This document shows, one piece after another, positions 24,543 through 34,943 of a stretch of 64,000 nt of DNA. Made by a program: the position numbers and the translations under genes. Below the pieces are notes generated by a model. It worked only from the letters and a program-made list of their open reading frames with translations. It was not told where the DNA came from and did no database searches. The stretch covers positions 1,472,001-1,536,000 of the forward strand of contig OZ253442.1 of assembly GCA_965261085.1 (NCBI GenBank). The letters run 5' to 3'. This DNA is from a bacterium (GTDB taxonomy: Bacteria > UBA8248). The first letter of the stretch is position 1. Every line of letters starts with the position of its first letter.

Positions 24543-27188
24543 ATGAAGGGCAATGAGGTTCGCCAGAAATTTCTCGAATTCTTCGCCGACGAGGCGCACA
24601 GAATCGTTCGAAGTTCGGCGCTGGTGCCCATGAACGACCCCACCTTGTTGTTTACCAATGCAGGGATGGTCCAGTTCAAGGATGTGTTCACGGGCCTGGA
24701 GAAGCGCGACTACTCCCGGGCGGTGAGTTCCCAGAAATGCCTGCGGGTGAGCGGCAAGCACAACGACCTCGAAAATGTCGGCCGAACGGCCCGGCACCAC
24801 ACGTTTTTCGAGATGCTGGGCAACTTCTCCTTTGGGCAGTATTTCAAGGAAAAAGCGATCGAGCTCGGTTGGGAATTTTTGATCAATCGCGTGGGTCTCG
24901 ATGGAGATCGCATGTGGATAACCGTCTTCAGAGAAGATGACGAGGCGGCGGAACTCTGGGAGCGGCTCGTCGGCGTTCCGCCCGAGCGCATCGTCCGGAT
25001 GGATGAGAAGGATAACTTCTGGGCGATGGGGGACACCGGACCCTGTGGTCCCTGCTCGGAACTCATCTACGACCAGGGGGGGCACATCGTCGGCGCGCCG
25101 CCGGGCAGCGGACACGAGGATGAGGACGGGGATCGCTATCTCGAGTTGTGGAACCTGGTGTTCATGCAGTTCAACCGTGAGGCTTCGGGCAAGATGGAGC
25201 CGCTGCCTAAGCCCTCCGTCGATACGGGAATGGGTCTGGAGCGCCTCACGGCGGTAGTGCAGAAAGAAGACAGTAATTACCATACCGACCTCCTGATGCC
25301 GCTCATTCATTCGGTCGAGGAGCGCTGCGGCAAGGAATACACGGGCATTGACGCACCGAACGACGTTTCTTTCCGCGTCATCGCGGACCACGTTCGCGCG
25401 GTCAGCTTCTTGGTGGTCGACGGCGTTTTGCCGAGCAACGAGGGCCGGGGCTACGTGTTGAGGCGCGTGGCGAGGCGGGCCTTGCGTCACGGCAGGATGC
25501 TGGGCATCGAGGGGCCGTTCTTACATCAGACGGTAGGCGTGGTGGCCGATATGATGGGAGATGCGTTCCCCGAACTCAGGGAAGGCCTCAGTTACATCTC
25601 CCGCGTCACGCTGGCGGAAGAGGAGAGATTCGACCACACCCTCTCGCAGGGGCAGCCGCGTATGGACGCGCTTTCAGAAGAAGTAAAATCATCGGGCAGC
25701 GACACCATTCCGGGCGGGGAGGTGTTCACCCTGCTCGACACCTATGGTTATCCATGGGATTTGGCGGTGGAAACGGCCGCGTTTCATGGCCTCGATATAG
25801 ACCAGAGCAGTTTCGATGAGGCGATGGAGCAACAGCGCGAGCGGGCCCGCGCCCACTGGAAGGGATCGGGCGAGGCCGCTGTCGATGAAATCTGGCACCA
25901 GGTGCGCGATGAGGCGGGCGCGACCGGATTCACCGGCTATGAGCAAGATGAGGAGGACGCCTGCGTGCGCGCCCTCATCGTGGATGGTGCGCTGCGTGAC
26001 GAAATTGGCGAGGGAGTCGAGGCGCGTGTCGTGCTGGATAAGACGCCGTTTTATGGAGAATCGGGCGGGCAGGAAGGCGATAGGGGCGGATTCTCCTGGC
26101 CCGATGGCGCCGCCGCCGTGCTCGACACGCAAAAACCGCTTCCCGACGTGTACGTCCATCATATCAAGGTGACGGAAGGAACCCTCGAAAAAGGACAAAA
26201 CCTTAACGCGCGAATCGACACGGGAAGGCGGGATCTTTTAAGGCGCAACCACTCGGCCACCCACCTGCTGCAATATGCGCTGCGCCAGGTTTTGGGAGAT
26301 CACGTCAAACAGGCGGGTTCCCACCTATCGCCCGAGAGGCTGCGGTTCGACTACGCCCATTTCACGGCGATGACGGCCCGTGAAAAAGAGAGGGTCGAGG
26401 ACATCGTGAATGAGCGGATTCGCGAAAATACGCTCGTCGATACGCGCGAGATGTCGATAGATGAAGCGCTGGCCGCAGGCGCGACGGCGCTCTTCGGCGA
26501 GCGCTATGGCGAGGACGTGCGGGTCGTCTCCGTGGGTGATTTCAGCATGGAGCTCTGCGGGGGTACGCATGCGCGCGCCGCAGGAGACATCGGCTTGTTC
26601 CGCATCCTGCACGAGGGTAGCGTGGCCTCGGGCGTGAGGCGCATCGAAGCCCTCACGGGGGAGGGCGCACTCCGGCAGGCGCGCAAGGAGCAGAACGTCC
26701 TCTCCGAGATCGGGGAACTCACCAGGGTGGCGCCCCTGGAGGAGGCCGAGCGGGTGAGGCGCCTGCTCGATCGCGTGAAGACGCTGGAGCGCGAGTTGAA
26801 GGATTCGCGGGACAGGCAATCGCGCGATGAAATGGGCGATTTGGCTTCCGAGGCCCGGGAAATTTCAGGCATCAGGTTCATCTCCGTAAGGCGCGACGGC
26901 CTTCAGGCGGGTGATTTGCGCGGGATCATCGACGCGGCGAAGGGCAAACTCCAAAGCGGCGTCGCGGTGGTTGCCGCCGTGACGGACGGGAAGGTCGCCA
27001 TCGCCGCCGGCGTCACGAAAGACCTCACCTCTCGTGTGCATGCCGGGAATCTGGTGAAAGAGGTCGCCTCGCTCGTCGGAGGCAGAGGCGGCGGCAGGCA
27101 GGATTTCGCGCAAGCGGGCGGCAAAGACGTGGAAAAAGTGGACGACGCCCTCGCCGCGGTGCCCGGGCTGATCGAAAAAATGACATGA
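24543..27188 (+). CDS. alaS: Alanine--tRNA ligase
   Basis: FTNAGMVQFK, HHTFFEMLGNFSFG, HSATH and ELCGGTH editing motifs, GGRGGG. Confidence 0.98.
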   Translation: MKGNEVRQKFLEFFADEAHRIVRSSALVPMNDPTLLFTNAGMVQFKDVFTGLEKRDYSRAVSSQKCLRVSGKHNDLENVGRTARHHTFFEMLGNFSFGQYFKEKAIELGWEFLINRVGLDGDRMWITVFREDDEAAELWERLVGVPPERIVRMDEKDNFWAMGDTGPCGPCSELIYDQGGHIVGAPPGSGHEDEDGDRYLELWNLVFMQFNREASGKMEPLPKPSVDTGMGLERLTAVVQKEDSNYHTDLLMPLIHSVEERCGKEYTGIDAPNDVSFRVIADHVRAVSFLVVDGVLPSNEGRGYVLRRVARRALRHGRMLGIEGPFLHQTVGVVADMMGDAFPELREGLSYISRVTLAEEERFDHTLSQGQPRMDALSEEVKSSGSDTIPGGEVFTLLDTYGYPWDLAVETAAFHGLDIDQSSFDEAMEQQRERARAHWKGSGEAAVDEIWHQVRDEAGATGFTGYEQDEEDACVRALIVDGALRDEIGEGVEARVVLDKTPFYGESGGQEGDRGGFSWPDGAAAVLDTQKPLPDVYVHHIKVTEGTLEKGQNLNARIDTGRRDLLRRNHSATHLLQYALRQVLGDHVKQAGSHLSPERLRFDYAHFTAMTAREKERVEDIVNERIRENTLVDTREMSIDEALAAGATALFGERYGEDVRVVSVGDFSMELCGGTHARAAGDIGLFRILHEGSVASGVRRIEALTGEGALRQARKEQNVLSEIGELTRVAPLEEAERVRRLLDRVKTLERELKDSRDRQSRDEMGDLASEAREISGIRFISVRRDGLQAGDLRGIIDAAKGKLQSGVAVVAAVTDGKVAIAAGVTKDLTSRVHAGNLVKEVASLVGGRGGGRQDFAQAGGKDVEKVDDALAAVPGLIEKMT

Positions 27189-27249
27189 TCCTACATCCGC
27201 GCCCGGTTCACACGGGCTAACCACAGCATTTTTCGTTTCGGAGAACATA

Positions 27250-28431
27250 TTGAGCAATACGGCCGTGGCCGGCGCGGCTCCAGAGCGCCTCAAGAAGAGA
27301 AGAATATCCCTGCTCATCGTCGCCCACGTCGCGAACGACAGTTATTTCGGCTTTCTCCCGCCATTGCTCCCCCTCATCGTGGAGCGCATGGACCTGCCCT
27401 TGAGTCTGGCGGGTCTGCTGGCCACCACGCTTTCCATCACCGGCGCCGTGGGCCAGCCCCTTTTCGGCTACTTCGCGGACAGGATCAAGAAAGGATGGCT
27501 CCTGGCGCTCGGCCCGTTGGGCGGCGCGCTGCTCGCATTCATGCTCTACATGCCGAATTTCTGGATGCTCATGCTCCTCATGCTGGTTGCGGGATCGGGC
27601 TCGGCCTGTTTCCACCCCGTGGCATCGGTCATTGCCGGCCAGTCCGCGGGCGCGAGAAAAGGGTTCGGAATGTCGCTTTACGTCGCAGGCGGCCGTCTGG
27701 GCGTGGGTCTGGGCTCAGGCATGGCGACGTTCATCGTCACGAAATGGGGCATCGACGCCATACCATACGCGAGCCTCGTCGGCATCATCATCGGAATCCC
27801 TTTGTTTTTCGTCTCCCCGCCCATCCGGGACACAGGGGGCGGCGCATCGCAAAGTTTCGTGCAGACGACGCGCATGCTCAGGCTCGTGTTCCGTCCACTT
27901 TTCCTGTTGTGGGTCGTGAATCTGTGCCGCACCACGGTGACGATGACGGTGCAGGTCTTCTTGCCGATATACATCATCGCCAAGGGTGGTTCGCTGGCCG
28001 CGGGTGGTGTGGCCATCACCCTGTTTCTGGTCGCCGCTACCGTTGGAGGCATTTACGGCGGGCATCTCTCCGATATCTTCGGCAGGCGGATCGTGACGAT
28101 CTTGGCCATCTGTGTGGGTACGCCGGCGCTGGGCATGGCATTTTTGTTCGATGAGCCTTTGCGGACCGTCTTCGTCATGCTCTCGGGCGCCGCTTTTTAC
28201 TCGCAAATGGGGGTTTCGGTGACGTACGCGCAGGAGATTGCGCCCGGGCACGCCGGCTTGGTGAGTAGTTTCATGCTCGGTGTTGTCTGGTTCGTGGCGA
28301 GCATCGGGATGATCGCCGTGGGTGGCCTGGCCGATTACATCGGCGTGGAACAGGCCCTGCCCATCGTCTGTATGGCGTTCGGCGTCGTGGGCTCGTTCCT
28401 CTCCCTGGGACTGCCCAAAGAGACGGCTTAG
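27250..28431 (+). CDS. MFS transporter (Fsr-like)
   Basis: About 12 hydrophobic segments; H..ND, QP.FG..ADR, FHP, GG.LSD.FGRR. Confidence 0.88.
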   Translation: MSNTAVAGAAPERLKKRRISLLIVAHVANDSYFGFLPPLLPLIVERMDLPLSLAGLLATTLSITGAVGQPLFGYFADRIKKGWLLALGPLGGALLAFMLYMPNFWMLMLLMLVAGSGSACFHPVASVIAGQSAGARKGFGMSLYVAGGRLGVGLGSGMATFIVTKWGIDAIPYASLVGIIIGIPLFFVSPPIRDTGGGASQSFVQTTRMLRLVFRPLFLLWVVNLCRTTVTMTVQVFLPIYIIAKGGSLAAGGVAITLFLVAATVGGIYGGHLSDIFGRRIVTILAICVGTPALGMAFLFDEPLRTVFVMLSGAAFYSQMGVSVTYAQEIAPGHAGLVSSFMLGVVWFVASIGMIAVGGLADYIGVEQALPIVCMAFGVVGSFLSLGLPKETA

Positions 28432-28435
28432 AAGA

Positions 28436-28828
28436 ATGTCCAAGGAATTCAAGCCCCTGGCCGTGGAGCGCGAGATAGCCGAGGAGATGGCCTCCACTCT
28501 GGGCCGCATCGGGAGTGAGTTCTCCAAGCGCCACCAAAGGGCGTGGAATGCCTGGCGCGCCTGGGAGGAGAGGCAGGATCCGGGAGATAAGACGGGAGAA
28601 AGGCTAGAGCGTTCGCTCCACCAGGCGATGGATGAAGCGGAGCGCTACCGGTATTTTCTCATCGTGCAAAGAGAGGCGATGGGGCTTCGAAACCATGCGG
28701 AGGTGAACCTCAAATATCCGCTGCCCCGCGTGCCGGGCAGGCCGCCTGCAGCGGGTGATCCCTCTAGCCCTCGTCTCGCTTGGCCCGGAGGATTTTCACG
28801 AGGTTGGCGTAGGAAGTTCTCCGGATGA
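28436..28828 (+). CDS. Conserved hypothetical protein (DUF6665-like)
   Basis: EIAEEMASTLGRIG...LIVQREAMGLRNH..V...YP pattern; its 3' end overlaps the convergent mlaC. Confidence 0.6.
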   Translation: MSKEFKPLAVEREIAEEMASTLGRIGSEFSKRHQRAWNAWRAWEERQDPGDKTGERLERSLHQAMDEAERYRYFLIVQREAMGLRNHAEVNLKYPLPRVPGRPPAAGDPSSPRLAWPGGFSRGWRRKFSG

Positions 28829-29369
28829 TGGAGCGGAACTGGTCGCGGTAGTTTTTCACGAGGCTGATGCCCTCTACCAGAACGTCGTAGACGCGCCATC
28901 CGTCTTTCTTTTTGTGCAAGCGGTAGGTGATGTCGACCTCTTTCTTGTCCGTTGTGATGATGACGGTGTTGACCTTGGCGAATTCCGAGTCGCTGGTTTC
29001 CTTGCCAAAGACGACTTTCTCATCGGTATAGCTTTCCAGTGTACTGGCGTAATTGCGCTCCATGAAATAACTGAAAAGCTCGATGAATTCGGTCTTTTCC
29101 TCAGGCGTGCGTTTTCTCCAACTTCTAGCGAGGCTTCGCCTGGACATTTCCTCGAAATCAAAATACTGATGGATGACCTTGCGCATCCGGTTTCTGCGAT
29201 CCACCTTTTTCCCGGGGGCCTTCAAATCGGGTTGGCGAAGAATCTCCAGCACTCCGTGAATCCCCGTGCGCACCACCTCGGTCGGCTCCCCCGCCTGGGC
29301 GGGTGGCGCGAGAAGTACACAGGCGAGAAGCGCAGCGATGAGGAACGACGTACGCTTTTTCAAAAACAT
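28764..29369 (-). CDS. mlaC: MlaC/Ttg2D phospholipid-binding periplasmic protein
   Basis: Signal peptide; FDFEEMSRRSL, WRVYDV.VEGISLVKNYRDQF. Confidence 0.92.
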   Translation of the reverse strand: MFLKKRTSFLIAALLACVLLAPPAQAGEPTEVVRTGIHGVLEILRQPDLKAPGKKVDRRNRMRKVIHQYFDFEEMSRRSLARSWRKRTPEEKTEFIELFSYFMERNYASTLESYTDEKVVFGKETSDSEFAKVNTVIITTDKKEVDITYRLHKKKDGWRVYDVLVEGISLVKNYRDQFRSIIRRTSYANLVKILRAKRDEG

Positions 29370-29539
29370 GGATTCTCCTCGTGCGGTATGGCTTGAATTC
29401 GGGAGTGGCGAAACCGGGATGATGTCATGACCTCAGTATATGTTGCGGCCCTCTCGATTCTGAATCCATCTGCGTCAAAATCTTATTGACGAACAGCTTC
29501 TCGGCCATCTTCAAGGGTTGCCTGGGCGGCGATGGCCCT

Positions 29540-29986
29540 TTATTTCTTCACCTTGCCGAAAACAAAGTCGCCGATGAGTTTCTCGATGTCAACCGGGGGT
29601 TCCGTTTCGCGAATCCGCCCGCCCGGGGAGATGATCTTTTCCGACCCACCCTGGCTGAGGCTGACGTATTTATCGCCCAAAACCCCTTTTGTGCGAATGG
29701 AGGCGATGGAATCCCGTGAGAGGCTGATGTTTTCATTGATGCGGAGCGTGATTTTCGCATCCTCTCCATCGAGAGAGATTCCGCTCACACGCCCGACGCG
29801 TACACCCGCCATTTCCACGGAGGCGCCGCTCCTCAGGCCCGTGGCAGTCGTGAAATTCGCCGAAACTTCATATGTGCCGTCATCGAAAATATCCAGGCCG
29901 CCGAGGTTGATGGACAGATAGGCGAGCGCGAGGATTCCCGCCAGAACGAATATGCCGACGCCGAATTCCACGTTTTTTCGGTACAA
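29540..29986 (-). CDS. mlaD: MlaD (MCE domain) protein
   Basis: TTG start with AAGGA SD; VGIFVLAG, GLRSGASVEMAGVRVGRV, IRTKGVLGDKYV. Confidence 0.92.
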   Translation of the reverse strand: MYRKNVEFGVGIFVLAGILALAYLSINLGGLDIFDDGTYEVSANFTTATGLRSGASVEMAGVRVGRVSGISLDGEDAKITLRINENISLSRDSIASIRTKGVLGDKYVSLSQGGSEKIISPGGRIRETEPPVDIEKLIGDFVFGKVKK

Positions 29987-30000
29987 GGCTCGTTCCTTCT

Positions 30001-30789
30001 TCAGATAAGAATCGAGGTGAGGAAATAATCGCCCACCAGTATCAGCACAGAAGACAGCACCACGGCCGAGGTGGTCGCCTTGCCCACTCCCTCGGCCCCG
30101 TGGCCGCAATGATATCCCTTATAGCAGCAAACCCATGTGACGATCAGGCCGAAGACGATGGATTTCCATAAGCCTACGTTGATGTCGACCATCTCGATCT
30201 TGTCCTGCATCTCCCCGAAAAAGGTGCCCGAACTCACGCCCATCAACTCCACGCCCACGAGATAGGCCCCGAATATGCCGATGAGGTCGCAAAGCGCCGT
30301 GAGTAGGGGGAATACTATCACGCCCGCCAGCAGCCGGGGAGAGACGAGGCGCTGGAGTGGGTTCACGGCCATGCTCTTTAGAGCGTCCACCTGTTCGGTG
30401 ATTTGCATGATGCCGATTTCGGCCGTCATGGCGGAACCTGCCCTTCCGGTGACGACGAGCGCGGTGAGCACGGGCCCGAGTTCGCGAATGAGGCTGAATG
30501 CGACGGCGGGGCCGAGGAAGGCTTCGGAACCGAATTTTCTGAAAGCGTATATTCCTTGGAGCGCCAGGACCATTCCGGTGAACAGGCCGCTCAGCAAGAC
30601 GATGGAGAGCGAACCCGTGCCGATGATGTATATCTGGCGAATCAGGAGCGAGAATCTCCAGGGCGGTGCGAAAATCCACCGAACGGATTCGAGGAGGAAG
30701 ATTGCGGCGCTCCCCATGCCGGCGATGATCCCTATCGCGCGCCGACCGAGCGTTCGGATGCCTTGCTTCACCATTTTCACGGTACTCAT
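30001..30789 (-). CDS. mlaE: MlaE ABC transporter permease
   Basis: RELGPVLTALVVTGRAGSAMTAEIG.M..TEQVDAL. Confidence 0.95.
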   Translation of the reverse strand: MSTVKMVKQGIRTLGRRAIGIIAGMGSAAIFLLESVRWIFAPPWRFSLLIRQIYIIGTGSLSIVLLSGLFTGMVLALQGIYAFRKFGSEAFLGPAVAFSLIRELGPVLTALVVTGRAGSAMTAEIGIMQITEQVDALKSMAVNPLQRLVSPRLLAGVIVFPLLTALCDLIGIFGAYLVGVELMGVSSGTFFGEMQDKIEMVDINVGLWKSIVFGLIVTWVCCYKGYHCGHGAEGVGKATTSAVVLSSVLILVGDYFLTSILI

Positions 30790-30973
30790 GGGGTTTGCCT
30801 TCTATTCCTCATCATGAGCGAGTATAGTGGTCGTCATCAGTTGCGTGGCGGCTTCTACGGGCGTTCTCGCGATTCGTTGGGCTGATAAAATCGAGGCCTA
30901 GTGTATCGTTCCTGAAGGATGAAGATCAACGCTTACACGAACGGCCATATTCTTCTAAGGGTTTGTTTTTTAT

Positions 30974-31798
30974 ATGAAAAATACAGCAGTCGGCCCCCTG
31001 TCCAAATATATCGAGTTCGGCGTGCGCAATCATAAGGCGGATTTTGCGCAGATCACCCGCCTTTTCGTCACGATTTACGTACCCATATCCATGATTGCGC
31101 TCTCGGCGCATCCTTCGATCAAATCGTTGATAGCCCCCGACGCGAACCTCATGTTGCTGTTCCCCCTCATGATCGGCTCTCAGCTTCTCCTGCGCGTATT
31201 GCAGGTGTTCTTGTTCATCCTCCTGATTTTGCGGGTCGAGTCCGAGCGCAATGGCGATGGGGCTGTTTGGGACATCGCCGAGGCTGTGAATCGTCTCAAA
31301 TCCGTCGCCAAGGTGGATTTGGCGTATACATTCGGTTTGCAGTTGCTGGGTGTCATCGGGTTTGCGACCTCGTTGTTCGTCTTCGGTTTCCTGTTCGGTG
31401 ATTCGCCCATCGGGCTTCCGTTCTCATTCGCCGTCACGGTTTTTCTCGTGCTCACGCCTGCCGTGCGCTATTATTTCTGCACCTTGACCGCGATGCTCTA
31501 TGGCGATGACTTCGCCCAGGCTTTTCGCCGCGCCGGGGTGATATCGAGCGGAGGCGAGAGAACCGTCGTCGTCCTGGCGATGACCTATCTGCTGGTCTGG
31601 TTCATTCTCTGGCAGGTGATACAGGGGATTTTTGGCGGGGGTCTGTTGGGGCAGGTCTTGCTGCAGACGGGCGTGATGGTGACGTCGATCTCGTATTATC
31701 TGGCGGGGTATCTTTTATTCTCGGATCTCTGCCAGGGGGCGAGCGGAAGCAGTATGGATGAAACGAAGGAAATCCCGGAAGACACGAGCGATATGTAG
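30974..31798 (+). CDS. Hypothetical integral membrane protein
   Basis: 274 aa with about six hydrophobic segments. Confidence 0.7.
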   Translation: MKNTAVGPLSKYIEFGVRNHKADFAQITRLFVTIYVPISMIALSAHPSIKSLIAPDANLMLLFPLMIGSQLLLRVLQVFLFILLILRVESERNGDGAVWDIAEAVNRLKSVAKVDLAYTFGLQLLGVIGFATSLFVFGFLFGDSPIGLPFSFAVTVFLVLTPAVRYYFCTLTAMLYGDDFAQAFRRAGVISSGGERTVVVLAMTYLLVWFILWQVIQGIFGGGLLGQVLLQTGVMVTSISYYLAGYLLFSDLCQGASGSSMDETKEIPEDTSDM

Positions 31799-31806
31799 TT
31801 CAGCCC

Positions 31807-32589
31807 TTACAAAAAAACCTCGAAACTCAGCCCGTCATATGCGAGTTCCACGCCGCTCGGCAGGTTTCGGTTCGTTTCGTAGTATTCGAGTTCGAAGTTG
31901 GTGTGGGTGAAATAAGTCTGCTCGGGCTTGAGCACCTCGACGATCTCAAGCGCCTCGGCGACCGTGAAGTGTGAGGGATGCTCCCGGTGGCGCAAGGCGT
32001 CCAGGATGAGGACGCGCACTCCTGTCAGGATTTCCATGGATTTTTCCGGAATGGCGTTGCAATCCGTGGCGTAGGCGAAATCCCCTAATCGTAGGCCCAT
32101 TACCTTCATGCCCGCGTGTTCGAGTTCGAAGGGGATGATGTTCATGTCGGCCGCCCCGAAAGCAGAGTCTCCAATCTCCGCCAGCGTGAGTTGTGGTTTG
32201 AAGCCGCTGTAGTTCCTCGCGTCATTGAAAATGTAACTGAAGTTCTGGCGGAGAATCTTCACCGTATTGGGATAGGCATAGCAGGGAATCGGCTTTCTCA
32301 TCAGGAAATTAAAGGCGCGCAAATCGTCGATGCCGTGGGTATGGTCCGCATGATAGTGAGTGTAGACCACGGCATCCACTCGGGTGATCTGGTGCCTGAG
32401 CGCCTGTTCACGCAAATCGGGGCCCGTATCCACCAGCAGGTTACGTCCATTGTGCTCGATGATGATGCTCGGGCGCAGCCGCTTGTTTCTGGGATCATCC
32501 GAAAGACATGCGGCGGTCGTGCACCCGATAGAAGGAACGCCGGTGGAAGTGCCGCAGCCCAAAACGGTGACCCGAGCGCGCGAACTCAT
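31807..32589 (-). CDS. MBL-fold metallo-hydrolase (PhnP-like phosphodiesterase)
   Basis: LGCGTSTGVP, DTGPDLREQ, THYHADHTHGIDDLR. Confidence 0.92.
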   Translation of the reverse strand: MSSRARVTVLGCGTSTGVPSIGCTTAACLSDDPRNKRLRPSIIIEHNGRNLLVDTGPDLREQALRHQITRVDAVVYTHYHADHTHGIDDLRAFNFLMRKPIPCYAYPNTVKILRQNFSYIFNDARNYSGFKPQLTLAEIGDSAFGAADMNIIPFELEHAGMKVMGLRLGDFAYATDCNAIPEKSMEILTGVRVLILDALRHREHPSHFTVAEALEIVEVLKPEQTYFTHTNFELEYYETNRNLPSGVELAYDGLSFEVFL

Positions 32590-33650
32590 CTCACCGAATC
32601 CGCCAAAACCTGAGCGGCGGTTTGCACGCCTTCCCTCGAGACGTCCAGATGGGTGACGGCGCGAAGCATTTTCGCGTTCGGAACGGAGAAGGCGACGCCT
32701 TTGTCCATCGCCGTCTCATTGATTTGATGCGCCGTCTTGCCGCTCTCCGAGACGTCCAGGAACACGAGATTGGTGGGCGTCGTATCGTGGACGGGTCGAA
32801 CGCCCGGAATGCCGGCTGTGAGTTCGGAAAAAAGCTGGGCGTTGGCGTGGTCATCCGCCAGGCGCTCCACATGGTGGTCCAGGGCGTAGAGACCTGCGGC
32901 GGCGAGAATGCCCGCTTGGCGCCAGCCGGCGCCCCACATTTTTCGGTACCGGCGCGCTTCTTGAATGAACGCTTCTTCCCCGAGCAGGATGGAACCCACG
33001 GGGCAGCCCAATCCCTTGGAGAGGCAAAAGCATATCGAATCGCAGCGCCTAGCCCATTCCTGCGGGGGAATGCAGGAGGCGACGATGGCGTTGAAGATGC
33101 GGGCGCCGTCGATATGAAGAGGGATGTTCTGCTCTTTTGAAAAAGCGCGCAGTTCATCGAGTTGATCCAGCGGGAAAACATGGCCGCCGCCCTGGTTGTG
33201 CGTGTTCTCCACCCAGAGCAGAGTGCTTTTCGGGTACCCCCCCTTGGGGCGGAGCCATTCTTCGGCGTCTTCCCGAGCGTATGCCCCGCGATTCGCCGAA
33301 ATCAGGGCGAATTGAACCCCGGATAAAAAGGCGCTGGCGCCCAGTTCGTTTCTAAAGGGATGACAATGGGAATCGGCGATGATTTCATCGCCCGGGTTCG
33401 TGTGGACCTTGATGGCCAGTTGATTGGCCAGCGAGCCCGAAGGTACGAAAATGCCGTCTTCCTTGCCGAACAGGGCAGTCGCCTTTTCGATGAGTTCGTT
33501 GACGCTCGGGTCCTCTCCGAGCATATCATCGCCCACGAGGGCCTCGGCGATGGCCTCGCGCATCGCTTGTGTGGGGCGTGTGGCCGTATCGCTTCTGAGA
33601 TCGATGAGATGAGGGGACAAAGAGTAGACCTCCCGGGTTCCGGCCCCCAT
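32586..33650 (-). CDS. ltaE: Low-specificity L-threonine aldolase
   Basis: IDLRSDT, GEDPSV, ENTHN, HIDGAR, CLSKGLG.P.GS, RQAG. Confidence 0.9.
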   Translation of the reverse strand: MGAGTREVYSLSPHLIDLRSDTATRPTQAMREAIAEALVGDDMLGEDPSVNELIEKATALFGKEDGIFVPSGSLANQLAIKVHTNPGDEIIADSHCHPFRNELGASAFLSGVQFALISANRGAYAREDAEEWLRPKGGYPKSTLLWVENTHNQGGGHVFPLDQLDELRAFSKEQNIPLHIDGARIFNAIVASCIPPQEWARRCDSICFCLSKGLGCPVGSILLGEEAFIQEARRYRKMWGAGWRQAGILAAAGLYALDHHVERLADDHANAQLFSELTAGIPGVRPVHDTTPTNLVFLDVSESGKTAHQINETAMDKGVAFSVPNAKMLRAVTHLDVSREGVQTAAQVLADSVR

Positions 33651-33796
33651 CTCCGGGAGTCGGAACCCATGAATTGGATTTGTTTTACGTTCGTTAGCGG
33701 AGAGTATATTTGCACAATCGCAAGTGATTTGCCAAATTATTGCCCTGTCATTTTAGGCTTTCACAATCTTCACTGACGCCCAGAGATTGAACCGAC

Positions 33797-34930
33797 ATGC
33801 CGAATACCGATAGACCTCCTGATTTCGAGGACGATTTCTTCAGGCGCGCAAGGGCGTATCAGATGCGGCGTCTGTATGTGGGATTGGCGTCCTCCACTGT
33901 GGAATTCGGTGTCGTGCTCACGTTTTTGTTCTGCTATCTGAGCGCGGAGGCCGCAAAGCCGGCGGACGGCGTGTTCGTGAGCGGATTTGTTGCTTTCTCC
34001 CTCATCGCCGTCTCGAAAACGCTGGTTTCTTTACCCTTCGACTTTTACAGCGGCTACGTGCTCGCCCACCGGGAAAATCTGTCCAATCAATCGATGGCGG
34101 GTTGGGTGTGGGACAGATGCAAGGGGGCAGCGCTTTTGCTGCTGTTGGGTGGCGCGGCCAGCGGTGGTTTCCTGATGATCATGGCCGCGTGGCCGGAGCG
34201 TTGGTGGTGGATAGCGGCGCTGGCTTCGTTTCTGTTGCTCGTTTTCATCTCCCTGATCGCCCCCGTGCTGCTCGCGCCCATTTTCTTCCGCTTCAAGCCC
34301 TTGGCGGATGAAAACCTCAAAGAGCGGCTCCTCGCCTTGCTGGAGAGGACAAAGGCGAGAGTATACGGCGGCGTGTGGGAGATGGAGATGAGTTCGAAGA
34401 GCAAGACGGCGAACGCCGCCCTGGTCGGTTGGGGGCCGTCCCGGCGGGTAGTTCTCTCGGATACGCTGCTTGATTTCACGCCCGATGAAATCGAGGCGAT
34501 CCTCGCCCATGAAATCGCGCATCACGTGGGTCGTCATATCCCGGCCCTCATCGCCATGAAAGGCATCACTCTGGCTATTGCCATGTATTTCTCCCGCCAC
34601 GCGCTCGAATGGATCGGAGAATGGGTGAACCCCGCTCTCGTGCAGCCGGGGGAGCCTGCCTGCGTCGTGGTTTTGTGGGTTGTCTTGAGCCTCATGGGAG
34701 CGGTCGTGTCTCCTATGCTTCTGGCGGTTTCACGCAAACTCGAACACCGCTGCGATCACTATTCCACCGAGCATGCGCGGGTGCGAGGCGGTTTGGCCTC
34801 CGCTCTCATGAAGTTATGCAGACAAAACCTGACGGACCCCAATCCGCCCGGCTGGGTGGTTGCGCTCTTTCATTCGCATCCCTCGGTTCGCGATCGGTTG
34901 GCCAAAATTGAATCCTGGGAGAGGGCCTAG
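33797..34930 (+). CDS. M48 family (Ste24p-like) membrane metallopeptidase
   Basis: ANAA..G, LSDTLL, AHEIAH (HExxH), SR..E..D, SHP....R. Confidence 0.92.
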   Translation: MPNTDRPPDFEDDFFRRARAYQMRRLYVGLASSTVEFGVVLTFLFCYLSAEAAKPADGVFVSGFVAFSLIAVSKTLVSLPFDFYSGYVLAHRENLSNQSMAGWVWDRCKGAALLLLLGGAASGGFLMIMAAWPERWWWIAALASFLLLVFISLIAPVLLAPIFFRFKPLADENLKERLLALLERTKARVYGGVWEMEMSSKSKTANAALVGWGPSRRVVLSDTLLDFTPDEIEAILAHEIAHHVGRHIPALIAMKGITLAIAMYFSRHALEWIGEWVNPALVQPGEPACVVVLWVVLSLMGAVVSPMLLAVSRKLEHRCDHYSTEHARVRGGLASALMKLCRQNLTDPNPPGWVVALFHSHPSVRDRLAKIESWERA

Positions 34931-34943
34931 GCGGTCTTTTGAC

